This document shows positions 1 to 9,188 of a stretch of 64,000 nt of DNA, piece after piece (the first letter of the stretch is position 1; each line of letters opens with the position of its first letter). The DNA lies in the NCBI GenBank assembly GCA_964626905.1, contig CAZVHA010000004.1, positions 3,952 to 67,951 on the forward strand, written 5' to 3'. Under the pieces are notes generated by a model that saw only the letters and a list, made by a program, of their open reading frames with translations, was not told the DNA's origin and did not search any database. The position numbers were made by a program, and so were the translations under genes. Source of the stretch: an uncultured bacterium (lineage in GTDB: Bacteria; Chlamydiota; Chlamydiia; Chlamydiales; SM23-39).

Positions 1-100
1 AGTCAAAGAGATCGCTTCGAAAATGCAAGAATCTCTTCGGTTGAAAAATAGATCTCTTTTAGGATACCATTCTCGACGTTGAGAAAATCAAAGCATTAGG

Positions 101-1336
101 ATGACTCTTTCGATCCAGCGCAGTTTGTGGAAGGTTACTTTTGTCACTCTTGCTATTGGAACCCTTTTCTTTGCTCGAGAAAAATGGCGTTTGCGAAGGG
201 AGTATTTGCATGAAGAGACGGTCCTTCGCCACGTAAAACCAGTCCCCTTTTTAAAAAAAGAACCTGCCCCTTGGATGCTTGCGCAGATCGAAGAGGATTT
301 CCGAGGGATTGGGGCGATCTCTCCTGCCGATATTGACGCCGCTTTTGCAAAAATTGCACACCTTGTTCCTAGAGTGGTGCGCTACCGGATTGTCGATGGC
401 GAGCTCTACCGCTATTTTGTCGAACAAGAACCGATCTCGCTAGCCGATAACGGCACCGAAAAGGCGATCAAAACCATTTTGGAAAAATCGAAACTCCCCA
501 ATATGGATTTCATCATCTCTTATTTCGACGCCTACCCATTTGCCGATGTAGAGTTGAACGTTCCCATTTTCGTCTCTGCAAAATTGGACGGCACTCTCAA
601 TGCCCCATTAATTCCCGATTGGAGATCCATCGGCCATTGGTGGATGTCCGATATTAAGGCGATCCTAAAAGCGCGAACCCCTTGGGAAAAAAAACGGCCC
701 TTCGCCCTGTGGCGCGGAGGCCCCACTAAACTCTTGCGCTATACCCTTTGCCAATTATCGCTCGATCACCCAATGTGCTTGGACGCTCGCTTCAGCAGTC
801 ACCCCGAAGAGCCCTCTTTGCGAAAAACAATCGAAGCAAGAGGGTTTTTGGGACCAAGATGTTCTTGGGAAGAATTTTTGGGGTGCAAATACCTCCCTTA
901 TGTCGACGGAGTCATGTGCGCTGCCCCCGCCCTGCAGTGGAGACTTCTATCGGGTTCCCTCACATTCAAACCCGACTCAAAAGAAATCCAATGGTTCTAC
1001 CGTCCCCTTCGCCCCTACATCCATTATGTCCCCGTGAACGGTGACTTGAGCAATCTCATCGAAAAGATAGAGTGGGCAAAATCAGACGATGATGCGTGCA
1101 AAATTATTGCTGAAAATGCGCTGAAGTTTGCCGAGGAAAACCTCATGTACGCAGATGTTCTCAACTACTTTTCTTTTGTTTTGAAAAAGTACGGCTCTTG
1201 CCAAAAGTCTTTCGCAAAATCGATGAAAAAAGAGATCGAACACAACCCCCAATGGGTGAATATTCAGTCTCGTCAAACCTTGCGCAAGAAAACTCTTGGG
1301 CTTTTTGTCCCTCATTCGACTCCTGCCGATCTTTGA
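101..1336 (+). CDS. Glycosyltransferase family 90 (CAP10/KDELC-like, LPS-modifying type) with N-terminal membrane anchor
   Basis: 411-aa ORF. N-terminal TM (VTFVTLAIGTLFFA). C-terminal half matches the CAP10-domain pattern: PFALWRGG, YKYLPYVDG, LLSGSLTFKP, YIHYVPV, IEWAKSDDD. Confidence 0.7.
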   Translation: MTLSIQRSLWKVTFVTLAIGTLFFAREKWRLRREYLHEETVLRHVKPVPFLKKEPAPWMLAQIEEDFRGIGAISPADIDAAFAKIAHLVPRVVRYRIVDGELYRYFVEQEPISLADNGTEKAIKTILEKSKLPNMDFIISYFDAYPFADVELNVPIFVSAKLDGTLNAPLIPDWRSIGHWWMSDIKAILKARTPWEKKRPFALWRGGPTKLLRYTLCQLSLDHPMCLDARFSSHPEEPSLRKTIEARGFLGPRCSWEEFLGCKYLPYVDGVMCAAPALQWRLLSGSLTFKPDSKEIQWFYRPLRPYIHYVPVNGDLSNLIEKIEWAKSDDDACKIIAENALKFAEENLMYADVLNYFSFVLKKYGSCQKSFAKSMKKEIEHNPQWVNIQSRQTLRKKTLGLFVPHSTPADL

Positions 1337-1378
1337 TCTAACCATTTTCTCTCATTGCAAAGCAGAGCTTTTTTGGAT

Positions 1379-2002
1379 ATGATCTGCACCAAAACCATGG
1401 CAAAGCGCATTTTCGATATCGCATTCAGCCTCCTCATCTTAACGCTTGCTGCCCCTTTCTTCCTCCTTTGCCTCTTCGCCGTCAAATGCTCCTCAAAGGG
1501 GCCCATCTTCTACGCCCACCCAAGAGTCGGTTGCAAAGGAAAAACCTTCGGCTGTCTCAAATTCCGCACCATGTACCAAAACGCCGACTCGATCCTCAAA
1601 CCCCTCCTCGCCTCCAACCCCGCCCTCAACACCGAATGGAATACCTACTTCAAACTCAAAGTCGACCCCCGCATCACCCCCATCGGAAAATTCTTGAGAA
1701 AAACCTCCCTCGACGAACTCCCCCAGTTCTGGAATGTCCTCAAAGGCCATATGAGTATCGTCGGCCCACGCCCACTCACCGAATACGAAGTGACCCACTA
1801 CGTCAAAGAAAAAGCCCCAACCATCCTCTCCGTCAAACCCGGCCTCACCACCCTCTGGATCACCCAAGGGAGAAATAGCCTCTCCCTCGAAGAACGGATC
1901 TCCTTAGAAGAATACTACGTACACCATAGAACCTTTTGGCTCGATTGTAAGCTCATCTTTAAAACAATTGTTTTAATGTTGTTCCCGAAAGGGGCTTATT
2001 AA
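1379..2002 (+). CDS. Polyprenyl-phosphate glycosyl-1-phosphate transferase (bacterial sugar transferase, small PglC/WbaP-C type)
   Basis: KRIFDIAFSLLILTLAAPFFLL re-entrant helix, KGPIFY, and DELPQFWNVLKGHMSIVGPRP signature. Start is ambiguous (TTG 1355, ATG 1379, ATG 1397). Confidence 0.85.
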   Translation: MICTKTMAKRIFDIAFSLLILTLAAPFFLLCLFAVKCSSKGPIFYAHPRVGCKGKTFGCLKFRTMYQNADSILKPLLASNPALNTEWNTYFKLKVDPRITPIGKFLRKTSLDELPQFWNVLKGHMSIVGPRPLTEYEVTHYVKEKAPTILSVKPGLTTLWITQGRNSLSLEERISLEEYYVHHRTFWLDCKLIFKTIVLMLFPKGAY

Positions 2003-2040
2003 TATTGATTTGTTGTATTTAATTGTGTATAATTACGCAG

Positions 2041-2280
2041 ATGATTCAACAAACGCAAAACTCAAATGCCGTCTCAAAGAATGAGACCCCTCCTCCACCC
2101 CCCAAGACGAATAAGGTGATCTTAGGGGCTCTCTCCGCCATCTTCTTCTTCGGGATGCTCATCTCCTATCTCATTGGCCTCCCTTGGTTTGCAACTCTCT
2201 TCTTCTTCGTCGCCGCCCTCGTCCCTCTCTATACAATGGGTAGGGTCCGAGACCACAAAGTCGGCCGAATTCAAGTTTAA
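2041..2280 (+). CDS. Small hypothetical membrane protein with a bilobed hydrophobic domain (Inc-like)
   Basis: ATG at 2041. Polar N-terminus with PPPPP, then two adjacent hydrophobic helices (ILGALSAIFFFGMLISYLIG / FATLFFFVAALVPLY). AT-rich flanks. No recognisable family. Confidence 0.45.
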   Translation: MIQQTQNSNAVSKNETPPPPPKTNKVILGALSAIFFFGMLISYLIGLPWFATLFFFVAALVPLYTMGRVRDHKVGRIQV

Positions 2281-2414
2281 TTAAACTAAGTAGTTGTAGT
2301 TTAATGTAGTTAATTGTTTTCTTTTATAAATAATTGTAATTAAAATATTTTCTGATACAATAAGGCGTAAGAGCGCATTTGTTGCCAGCTCGCCAGGCGA
2401 AAAAGGAGAAAACA

Positions 2415-3377
2415 ATGTCTGATAGTCAAGAAATCGAGGTAAACCAAAGGGTAAAACCTGCGGCAGCCCCTCTAAAAGCGGGGGAGGTTAGCGGGGGAAA
2501 CCCAATGACACAAAACCTAAAACGTGTCGAAACAAGTATAGAGAGCCAAAGTTACTTCCTTGGGGAAGTTCCTCAGGCTCATCTAGTTGATCCAAGCGCA
2601 TTTTTGCCACTCAACTCCGATCGACTGATCGGCTCTGTCAATATGGGGGAAAAATTGCTCTACGAAGTCGGCATCTTAATTGAAGAGGAAGTCGCTTCGA
2701 TCCAAAAACAACAAAAGAGAATCACATTCTGGGAAGACCGAATTGAGAAAAATAAAGCTCTTATTCGGAAAAATGAGCTCCAAATCAAACAGAATGTCAC
2801 TGATGCTCTTTATGATAAGAAGAATCGAGACTACTGGTTCGGCAGAGCCGAAGAGGTAGAAACTGATTATACTCATGCCGAAGTCGCCAGTCGCCAGCAA
2901 GACTGGGCTTGGTTGATCAAAAAGTATGGCTTGAAAAACCCAGATGGTTCAGAGATCAATTCGAAAAACATCTGCGTCGAAGAGCTCTGCAATGGAGAGA
3001 CCAAAAATCTCACCGCTGAGTACCGATCTACCGGAAATAAGTACGAAAATGCGAGAAAAGACAAAGAAATGGAAAACAACCGCCTCGTTCAAGAAAACTC
3101 GAAGTTGTTGAATTCCAATGATGTGCTCCAAGGGTACATCGCTGAGGTCTATTCAAATGAGGTAGAGCCTCTACAGGATGGAATTTTGCTCTTGAAGGAG
3201 TTTGGTCAAAAACTAAAATCCTTAGGCCAAGATGCAGCAGCAACTTATGGTCAAATGAGAGCTTGGGCTGAACCCTTCTTGAATGAGTTCATTAAGGCGA
3301 ACCCACGCGTTCCGCAGCTCATTGTCATCCATTTCCGTAAACTGACTTCCATTCCGCTTCCGCCAGAATATTGCTAG
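2415..3377 (+). CDS. Hypothetical coiled-coil protein
   Basis: ATG 2415 is preceded by aaaaaggagaaaaca. The ORF is long and K/E/Q/N-rich with heptad-like character, and a strong terminator follows. No family recognised. Confidence 0.55.
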   Translation: MSDSQEIEVNQRVKPAAAPLKAGEVSGGNPMTQNLKRVETSIESQSYFLGEVPQAHLVDPSAFLPLNSDRLIGSVNMGEKLLYEVGILIEEEVASIQKQQKRITFWEDRIEKNKALIRKNELQIKQNVTDALYDKKNRDYWFGRAEEVETDYTHAEVASRQQDWAWLIKKYGLKNPDGSEINSKNICVEELCNGETKNLTAEYRSTGNKYENARKDKEMENNRLVQENSKLLNSNDVLQGYIAEVYSNEVEPLQDGILLLKEFGQKLKSLGQDAAATYGQMRAWAEPFLNEFIKANPRVPQLIVIHFRKLTSIPLPPEYC

Positions 3378-3395
3378 TCTTCCACTTTTGCTCTT

Positions 3396-3430
3396 GGGCC
3401 CCGTTCTCTAAAGATGGGGCCCATTTTTTT
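3396..3430 (+). terminator. Rho-independent terminator
   Basis: gggcccc (3396-3402) pairs with ggggccc (3416-3422) around a 13-nt loop, followed by ttttttt (3424-3430). Confidence 0.6.
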
Positions 3431-3467
3431 CTAAGGCAAAATCTCTATTTGTGATAGTTTTTTGCTT

Positions 3468-4118
3468 ATGCAAAAACCTGTTCTCGAAGAGATGTATCGC
3501 AAACATCACCAGAAGGGGCGCCGCTATGGCTATCTCTATTGCCATGGGAACCGGATCCCGTTTTTAAAAAAATGGATCGGAATGGGGAAAAAGGTGCTCG
3601 ATTTGGGCTGTCGCGACGGAATGCTCACGCAAGGGTTTTTGGAAGGGAATGAGGTGGTGGGTGTCGATGTCGATCGATATGCGCTCAGCCTTTGCAAAGA
3701 AAAATGGGGCATTGAAACCGCGTGGCTCGATCTCAATGTAGAGTGGCCGTGGGCTAAAGAGACATTTGATTGCATTGTCGCTTGCGAAATCGTCGAGCAT
3801 CTCTTTTTTTTACACCCGTTTTTAGAAAATGTGAAAAAAACGCTCAAACCCGGCGGACTCTTTATCGGCTCTGTCCCAAACGCCTTTCGACTCAAAAATC
3901 GGTGGAAGTTTTTGTTCGGGAATGAGTATGAGACAGACCCGACTCATGTGAGACAATTTTCCTATGATAAATTAAAAGAGGTTCTTCAGAGCTATTTTTC
4001 CCATGTTGAAATTGTCCCAATCGAGGGGAAAATTCCCCCCTTTTTCGGCGTGAGTGAAACATCTCCCAAATGGATTCAAAAACTCTTCAGTAAAGACCTT
4101 CTTTGGAAAGCAAAGTGA
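3468..4118 (+). CDS. Class I SAM-dependent methyltransferase
   Basis: Motif I VLDLGCRDG and post-I/II pattern (VVGVDVD, IVACEIVEHL, LKPGGLF). Confidence 0.75.
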   Translation: MQKPVLEEMYRKHHQKGRRYGYLYCHGNRIPFLKKWIGMGKKVLDLGCRDGMLTQGFLEGNEVVGVDVDRYALSLCKEKWGIETAWLDLNVEWPWAKETFDCIVACEIVEHLFFLHPFLENVKKTLKPGGLFIGSVPNAFRLKNRWKFLFGNEYETDPTHVRQFSYDKLKEVLQSYFSHVEIVPIEGKIPPFFGVSETSPKWIQKLFSKDLLWKAK

Positions 4119-5901
4119 GATCGGCATTGGACCCTGTTTGAGAGTCCAAAATTTGCACTTTAGATCGGTTGACGAGCCGCGCCCTTAACTTGAGTGCTCC
4201 TCTTTCTAGATAAAAATCGGTGGGAGGCTTTGCCCCATTTTGCAAAATGGCGATGCGAGAAGCGTTTTGCCTTTCACTGAAGATCGAACGGCCGTCAAAA
4301 AGGCCATTGAAATCGCTCGTCTTTGTCAAATAGTGGAGAATCGATGGGAATAGATCGATATGGGTCATCTCTTTTGTTTTTGCCGCCCATGTTTCATCGG
4401 GGATTTTGAGACAAATCGGAACGGCCGTCTGGTATTCATTGAGATGGGTGCTGTGAAAAAGAGCCCCCTCTTCATAAAACTCCTCCCCATGATCGCCCGT
4501 CACCGCGATGATCGCATTGTCAAAAAGGTTTTTCTCCTTTAGAAAGTTAAAAAAACGGCCCAGCTGATCATCGACAAAGGCCAAAGCGTTCCGATAGCGG
4601 TTTTTCACCTTCTCTAGCCCCGAATACTTTGCGCTCATCGCAATGTAGTCGATCTCTTGCGCAATCGGCTCATATCGCAATGGAAAATTTTTTGGAAAAC
4701 TGTACTCTGAATGGGGCGATTCGAGAAAAAAAAGATAGACCTGCCCAGCGGGCTCAATCTTCTTTTCGAGCGCTTCAAAACAAAGAAGATCTCGCTCACA
4801 AGTTTCAAGATTGTCTTGAAAAATAAACTCTTCCACTCGCCCCACCAGGTTGCGCTTTTCCCCAAATAGCAATTTGTCCATAGAGAAAAAACGCAAATCT
4901 GCCGACGAAAACACAGAAATCTCATACCCCATTTTCTTCAGCATCTGTAGCGGAATGCTCCCCTTTGTCCAATATTCGCGCATTTCTAACCAGTGGAAGG
5001 GGAGCCTTGCATGAAAAATCGAAAACCAAGAAAGAGCCGTGCTGCACGCATTGGCATATGTTTGAGAAAGGGCTGTGCTCTTTTGATGGAACGCCATCAG
5101 ATTTGGCGCACATGCTAAAAAATCTCTCCGAAAGGTCTCAATGACGAAAAGATAGATGTTCGGAAGCTCCTCTTTCTTCAAAGAAAAAGGGGGGAAAGCA
5201 AATTCGCCCTCCTCAGGAGCCTTAGGAAAAGGACGATGGAGCTCGATGCAATCGCAAAGCGGGGCAAGAAATGTGCTCGCAAGGGGCAACATTTTTTCAT
5301 ACCTTTCATGATCGGTGAACTTCATTTTCCCCCGCAGCGAAAGATCCAACGCCAAGAGGAGAAAAACGGCCGCCCCCATCGCCTTGCCAATCTGCACCAA
5401 AGAAAGATAAACGGCCCTCCCTCGGATGAGCTTAAATGTGAACCAGTAAAACCCAATCCCCAAGGTTGGCAAAAAAAGGAGCAATGCCAAAATAATGCCA
5501 GTCGATGTCCGATTCAGATTTAACGCCTGAAACCCAGCGATCCAATGGCCCGGCCCAGACCCCAAAAAAAATCCAAATAAATGGGCGATCGAAACGTCCA
5601 TCAACCTGACAAGACAAAAATTGACAAAATGAAAAACCATTCCGATAAATAAAAATGAAATAAATGTAAATAAAATTGGTTTGAATGTGAATCTCTTTAA
5701 AATATTGTCGATAAAAACAAAACAAATGATTTCAAAAAACGCTTGGACGACGGCATAAAAGAGGAAAACCCCCCTTAAAGGGAGGTCTGAAATCAAAAAA
5801 TGGAAAAAACTTAAAAGGGTTAAAAATGCAAATAAGAAGCTGAAATAGAGGTAGTTAAACTCTTCTTTTTGAAGGAGAAGGCGGTGAAAAAAAGGGTTCA
5901 T
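4087..5901 (-). CDS. Sulfatase-like (alkaline-phosphatase superfamily) integral membrane phosphotransferase, LtaS/EptA/OpgB-like, paralog A
   Basis: 604 aa. N-terminal multi-TM block plus a C-terminal catalytic domain (LFVIETFRRD, WFSIFH, AVTGDHGEEF). Clear paralog of 7341..9134. Confidence 0.75.
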   Translation of the reverse strand: MNPFFHRLLLQKEEFNYLYFSFLFAFLTLLSFFHFLISDLPLRGVFLFYAVVQAFFEIICFVFIDNILKRFTFKPILFTFISFLFIGMVFHFVNFCLVRLMDVSIAHLFGFFLGSGPGHWIAGFQALNLNRTSTGIILALLLFLPTLGIGFYWFTFKLIRGRAVYLSLVQIGKAMGAAVFLLLALDLSLRGKMKFTDHERYEKMLPLASTFLAPLCDCIELHRPFPKAPEEGEFAFPPFSLKKEELPNIYLFVIETFRRDFLACAPNLMAFHQKSTALSQTYANACSTALSWFSIFHARLPFHWLEMREYWTKGSIPLQMLKKMGYEISVFSSADLRFFSMDKLLFGEKRNLVGRVEEFIFQDNLETCERDLLCFEALEKKIEPAGQVYLFFLESPHSEYSFPKNFPLRYEPIAQEIDYIAMSAKYSGLEKVKNRYRNALAFVDDQLGRFFNFLKEKNLFDNAIIAVTGDHGEEFYEEGALFHSTHLNEYQTAVPICLKIPDETWAAKTKEMTHIDLFPSILHYLTKTSDFNGLFDGRSIFSERQNASRIAILQNGAKPPTDFYLERGALKLRARLVNRSKVQILDSQTGSNADLTLLSKEGLY

Positions 5902-5973
5902 AAGGGCGCTCTTCGCAAACTTGACAATAAGGGTAGAACCGGCTTTAATGTTAACTTAACTTGGGGGGTTTTT

Positions 5974-7362
5974 GTGAAGTTCATTTTTCAGTTTATTCTA
6001 TTCGCGATGGCCCTTCCCTTTGCTGAAATGAGTGCAGCGCCGCCAAAAGTGGCAGTTGAACCGGTTGTGATTTTGGGCGGCGGGGTGGGTTCGCTCACAT
6101 CGGCTCTTTATTTAGGAAGGGCTGGTTTATCGCCCCTTGTGATTGAGGGGCCGACTCCTGGAGGGCTGCTCACGCAGTCGCACACGGTGCAGAACTGGCC
6201 TGGAGTGATGGAGATCGATGGGACAGAGCTGACGGAAAAGATGCAGATCCAAGCGAAGGCGAGTGGGGCGAGATTTGCCAAAGAGGAGGTCGTTTCGATC
6301 GATTTTTCCCAATCCCCGCTGAAAATTGAGACAAGGACGCTCGATGGGAGCGGCAAAAAACGCAAAATCGAGGCGCAAAGTTGCATTATTGCCATGGGGA
6401 CGAAGCCCAATTTTCTGGGTATTCCGGGAGAGCAGGAGTATTGGGGGCGGGGGGTGACCAATTGTGCGATTTGCGACGGTTCGCTCTATAAGGGAAAAAC
6501 TGTGGGCGTTGTCGGCGGCGGCGATGCGGCGGTTTTAGAGGCCCTTTATCTTTCGAATATCGCCAAAGAGGTCCATGTTTTTGTCCGGAAAGGTGCGCTT
6601 AGGGCGATTGAGGAGAAAAGGGTGCAAGTGCTCCAAGAGAAAAAGAATGTGGTATTCCATTACAACGCGGTTGTCAAAGAGGTGCAAGGAGATGGTTCAG
6701 GGGTCACGGGAGCGCTCATTCAAACGGGAAAAAACTTAAGTCAATTTCCGCTCGAGGGTCTTTTTTTAGCGATCGGGTCGACGCCCAATAGCGCCCTTTT
6801 CAAAACGGCGTTAAAGCTCGATAAAAAAGGATATATCCTCCTTCAAAAAGACCAAGAGACTTCGATCAAAGGGGTCTATGCGATTGGAGACATTGTCGAT
6901 CCTGTTTATAAGCAGGCGGTATCGGCTGCTGGCGATGGGGCCAAAGCGGCTCTTCAAGTGCAAAGCTATTTGTCAGATCGGGCGCATAATATTGTAGCTT
7001 CTCCCGTTGAACGAGAGGAAAAGGGGCACAACGAGGTAATTGAGGTGGTTTCGCTGGAGCAGTTCAGGGCGGAGCTCGCTTCGAGTGATGTCCCTGTCGT
7101 TGTCGATTTTTACGCGACTTGGTGTGGTCCTTGCAAAAGGATTTCACCTCTACTCGAAAGTTCGGCGAGTCTCCTTGCCGGCAAAGTGAAATTTTTGAAA
7201 GTCGATGTCGATCAACTATTTGATTTGAGCGCAAATTACAATATTCGCTCCATGCCGACTGTTTTAGTTCTCGATATGAAAGGGAAAGAGTTGTCGCGCA
7301 AAGTGGGGCTCAATCAGATCCAGGAGCTGCTCGATCAACTTCACTCGGAAAATAAAGAGTGA
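5974..7362 (+). CDS. trxB: Thioredoxin reductase fused to a C-terminal thioredoxin domain (NTRC-like architecture)
   Basis: FAD GxGxxG (ILGGGVGSLTSA), redox CAICDG, NAD(P)H site VGGGDAAVLEA, AIGDIVD, then VVVDFYATWCGPCK thioredoxin. Start is uncertain: GTG 5974 with a gggggg SD gives a signal-peptide-like N-terminus, and ATG 6007/6028 are alternatives. Confidence 0.8.
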   Translation: MKFIFQFILFAMALPFAEMSAAPPKVAVEPVVILGGGVGSLTSALYLGRAGLSPLVIEGPTPGGLLTQSHTVQNWPGVMEIDGTELTEKMQIQAKASGARFAKEEVVSIDFSQSPLKIETRTLDGSGKKRKIEAQSCIIAMGTKPNFLGIPGEQEYWGRGVTNCAICDGSLYKGKTVGVVGGGDAAVLEALYLSNIAKEVHVFVRKGALRAIEEKRVQVLQEKKNVVFHYNAVVKEVQGDGSGVTGALIQTGKNLSQFPLEGLFLAIGSTPNSALFKTALKLDKKGYILLQKDQETSIKGVYAIGDIVDPVYKQAVSAAGDGAKAALQVQSYLSDRAHNIVASPVEREEKGHNEVIEVVSLEQFRAELASSDVPVVVDFYATWCGPCKRISPLLESSASLLAGKVKFLKVDVDQLFDLSANYNIRSMPTVLVLDMKGKELSRKVGLNQIQELLDQLHSENKE

Positions 7363-9134
7363 AAATCTTCGGATAGTGCCAATTTGTCGTCGCTTGTCCG
7401 AAATGAGATGATTTTGAGCTCTTTGGATTGGTAAATGTCGGATCTGTTTGAAAATTGGGCGATGCACTTGTGTTTTCCATCATCGATGCAAAATTCATAG
7501 GGCGCAAGTCCCGCATTGAAGCGGGCTGTGACGGCCTGTTCCCGCTTTAGCAAAATGGGACGAGATCTTAAATAGTCCGAAATCAAAGGAAAAATGTCGA
7601 TGTGGGAGATGATCCCGTCGATTTTTTCTTGGGGGGCTTCCTTGCCCAATTTCAGATAAAGGGGGACGTGGATTTGCTCTTTTGTGAGATGGGAGTTATG
7701 GAAGAGGTGTCCATGCTCGAAAAATTCTTCGCCGTGATCGCCTGTAAAGACAATGATCGCCTCTTCGCCACATTTTGGAATGAGCCCTCCAAGAAGGTGA
7801 TCGATATAGTGGACCGCATTGTAGTATCGATTTTTGATCGATAGGATCTGTTTTTTTGATTGGATGGTTTTTAAGAAGTCAAATTCTTTAGCAAAAGGGG
7901 TCCATTTTGGTGTCCAGCGGCTCGGCCAGTAATAGGGAAAGTGGGTTGAATCTAAAAAGACAATAAAGAGTTGCCCCTCGTTCTGATCCGGTTTTTCAGC
8001 GAGATCCCTTTGCAGTTGATGGATCATCTCCCAATCCCCATCTGCTGCGGATAGCGGAGGGGAAAAGTGGAAAATTTGTTCGGTATCGAGGAGTTGGTGT
8101 TCAGAGCCAAAGAGAACTTGGTCCATTCCGTAATAGGAGAGATCTGCAGAGCTGTAGAGATGGATTTTGTATCCCCATTTTTTCAAAAGGGTTAAAGGGG
8201 GACTCCCCATTTTCCAAGTTTTTGCAACTCTTTGCCAGTGATAGGCCATCTGCGCATGGAAAATAGAAAACCAGGAAGGGTGTGTCGCATTCCCGCCGGA
8301 TCTTGCCTCTTTGAAATGGAGCGCGGTTTTTTTAAATGCGCTCAAATAGGGCGCGATCTCAGGACAAATCACATCTTCTCTTAGGCTCTCGACGATGAAA
8401 AGAAAGATGTTTGGCCTTTTTGCTAAAACAGTTACATCTTGCCCAATTTCCTCTTTGGCTTGGCTCTCTAAGATTGGTTGGGGTGGACTTTTGAGCGCGA
8501 AAAGGGTTTTTTCAGGCTGCAAAAAAGTGCTCTTCCAAGGAAGCGATTTTCGAAAGGCGGTGTAGCCGTCAGGATGGATGGTTTTAGAGCAAAAAGCTTC
8601 CCACAAAAACAGGGCGAGGGGAACAGAGAGAAAAAGTTGAAAAAAATGCTCCGATTTTACAATCAGGGGCCGTTTTTGCGCGATTTTGTCTGTGAAAAAA
8701 TAGATCGCATTGCCGAGAAGGGGAAGAGTTGCCACAACGATAAAGAAAATGGCCCAGGAGAGTAGCGAGATGCCCGATGCATCGAGAAGGCGAGAAAAAT
8801 TTTCCCAATTTTCCTGCAATACAAAGACGTTGAGCGCCTCCCAAACAGATAAATCGAGGATCCGATCCATCAGATAATCGAAAAAATGGAGACACAAAGC
8901 AAAGAAGGAGGCGCCAATGAGGAAAAAAAATCCCACCCTTCCAAATAGTTTTTGAAAAAGCCACGCCAGAGCAATCCAAAGGGCAATTTCAACGAGGATT
9001 TGCCCAAAAGCATAAAGGGAAAAAAAAATCGGCGAGCTCCCAAACAGCTCTTTTGTAAAAATATTACTCATGTAGAAAAGGAGCAAAATGGCCAAATAGG
9101 CGCCAAAATAGAGGTAGTTGACTTGCGCTCGCAT
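7341..9134 (-). CDS. Sulfatase-like (alkaline-phosphatase superfamily) integral membrane phosphotransferase, paralog B
   Basis: 597 aa. Multi-TM N-terminus with LFIVESLRED, GGNATHPSWFSIFH and VFTGDHGEEF. Collinear similarity to 4087..5901. Confidence 0.75.
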   Translation of the reverse strand: MRAQVNYLYFGAYLAILLLFYMSNIFTKELFGSSPIFFSLYAFGQILVEIALWIALAWLFQKLFGRVGFFFLIGASFFALCLHFFDYLMDRILDLSVWEALNVFVLQENWENFSRLLDASGISLLSWAIFFIVVATLPLLGNAIYFFTDKIAQKRPLIVKSEHFFQLFLSVPLALFLWEAFCSKTIHPDGYTAFRKSLPWKSTFLQPEKTLFALKSPPQPILESQAKEEIGQDVTVLAKRPNIFLFIVESLREDVICPEIAPYLSAFKKTALHFKEARSGGNATHPSWFSIFHAQMAYHWQRVAKTWKMGSPPLTLLKKWGYKIHLYSSADLSYYGMDQVLFGSEHQLLDTEQIFHFSPPLSAADGDWEMIHQLQRDLAEKPDQNEGQLFIVFLDSTHFPYYWPSRWTPKWTPFAKEFDFLKTIQSKKQILSIKNRYYNAVHYIDHLLGGLIPKCGEEAIIVFTGDHGEEFFEHGHLFHNSHLTKEQIHVPLYLKLGKEAPQEKIDGIISHIDIFPLISDYLRSRPILLKREQAVTARFNAGLAPYEFCIDDGKHKCIAQFSNRSDIYQSKELKIISFRTSDDKLALSEDFHSLFSE

Positions 9135-9188
9135 GTTTTCCTCTATACATCAGGGGCGAATATGATATAATTAAAAAATAGTAAAATA

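Noticed and set aside
1446-1878. Three overlapping ORFs (1446..1697, 1468..1878, 1493..1867) with Pro/Ser/Thr-rich or Gly/Glu-rich translations
   Set aside because: These are shadow frames of the well-supported sugar-transferase gene. They stay open only because the segment is C-rich and stop-poor.
5869-5973. Upstream TTG 5869 start for the TrxR-Trx fusion
   Set aside because: It would overlap the divergent sulfatase-like gene start and add a basic non-homologous extension. GTG 5974 has a G-rich SD. The start remains uncertain.
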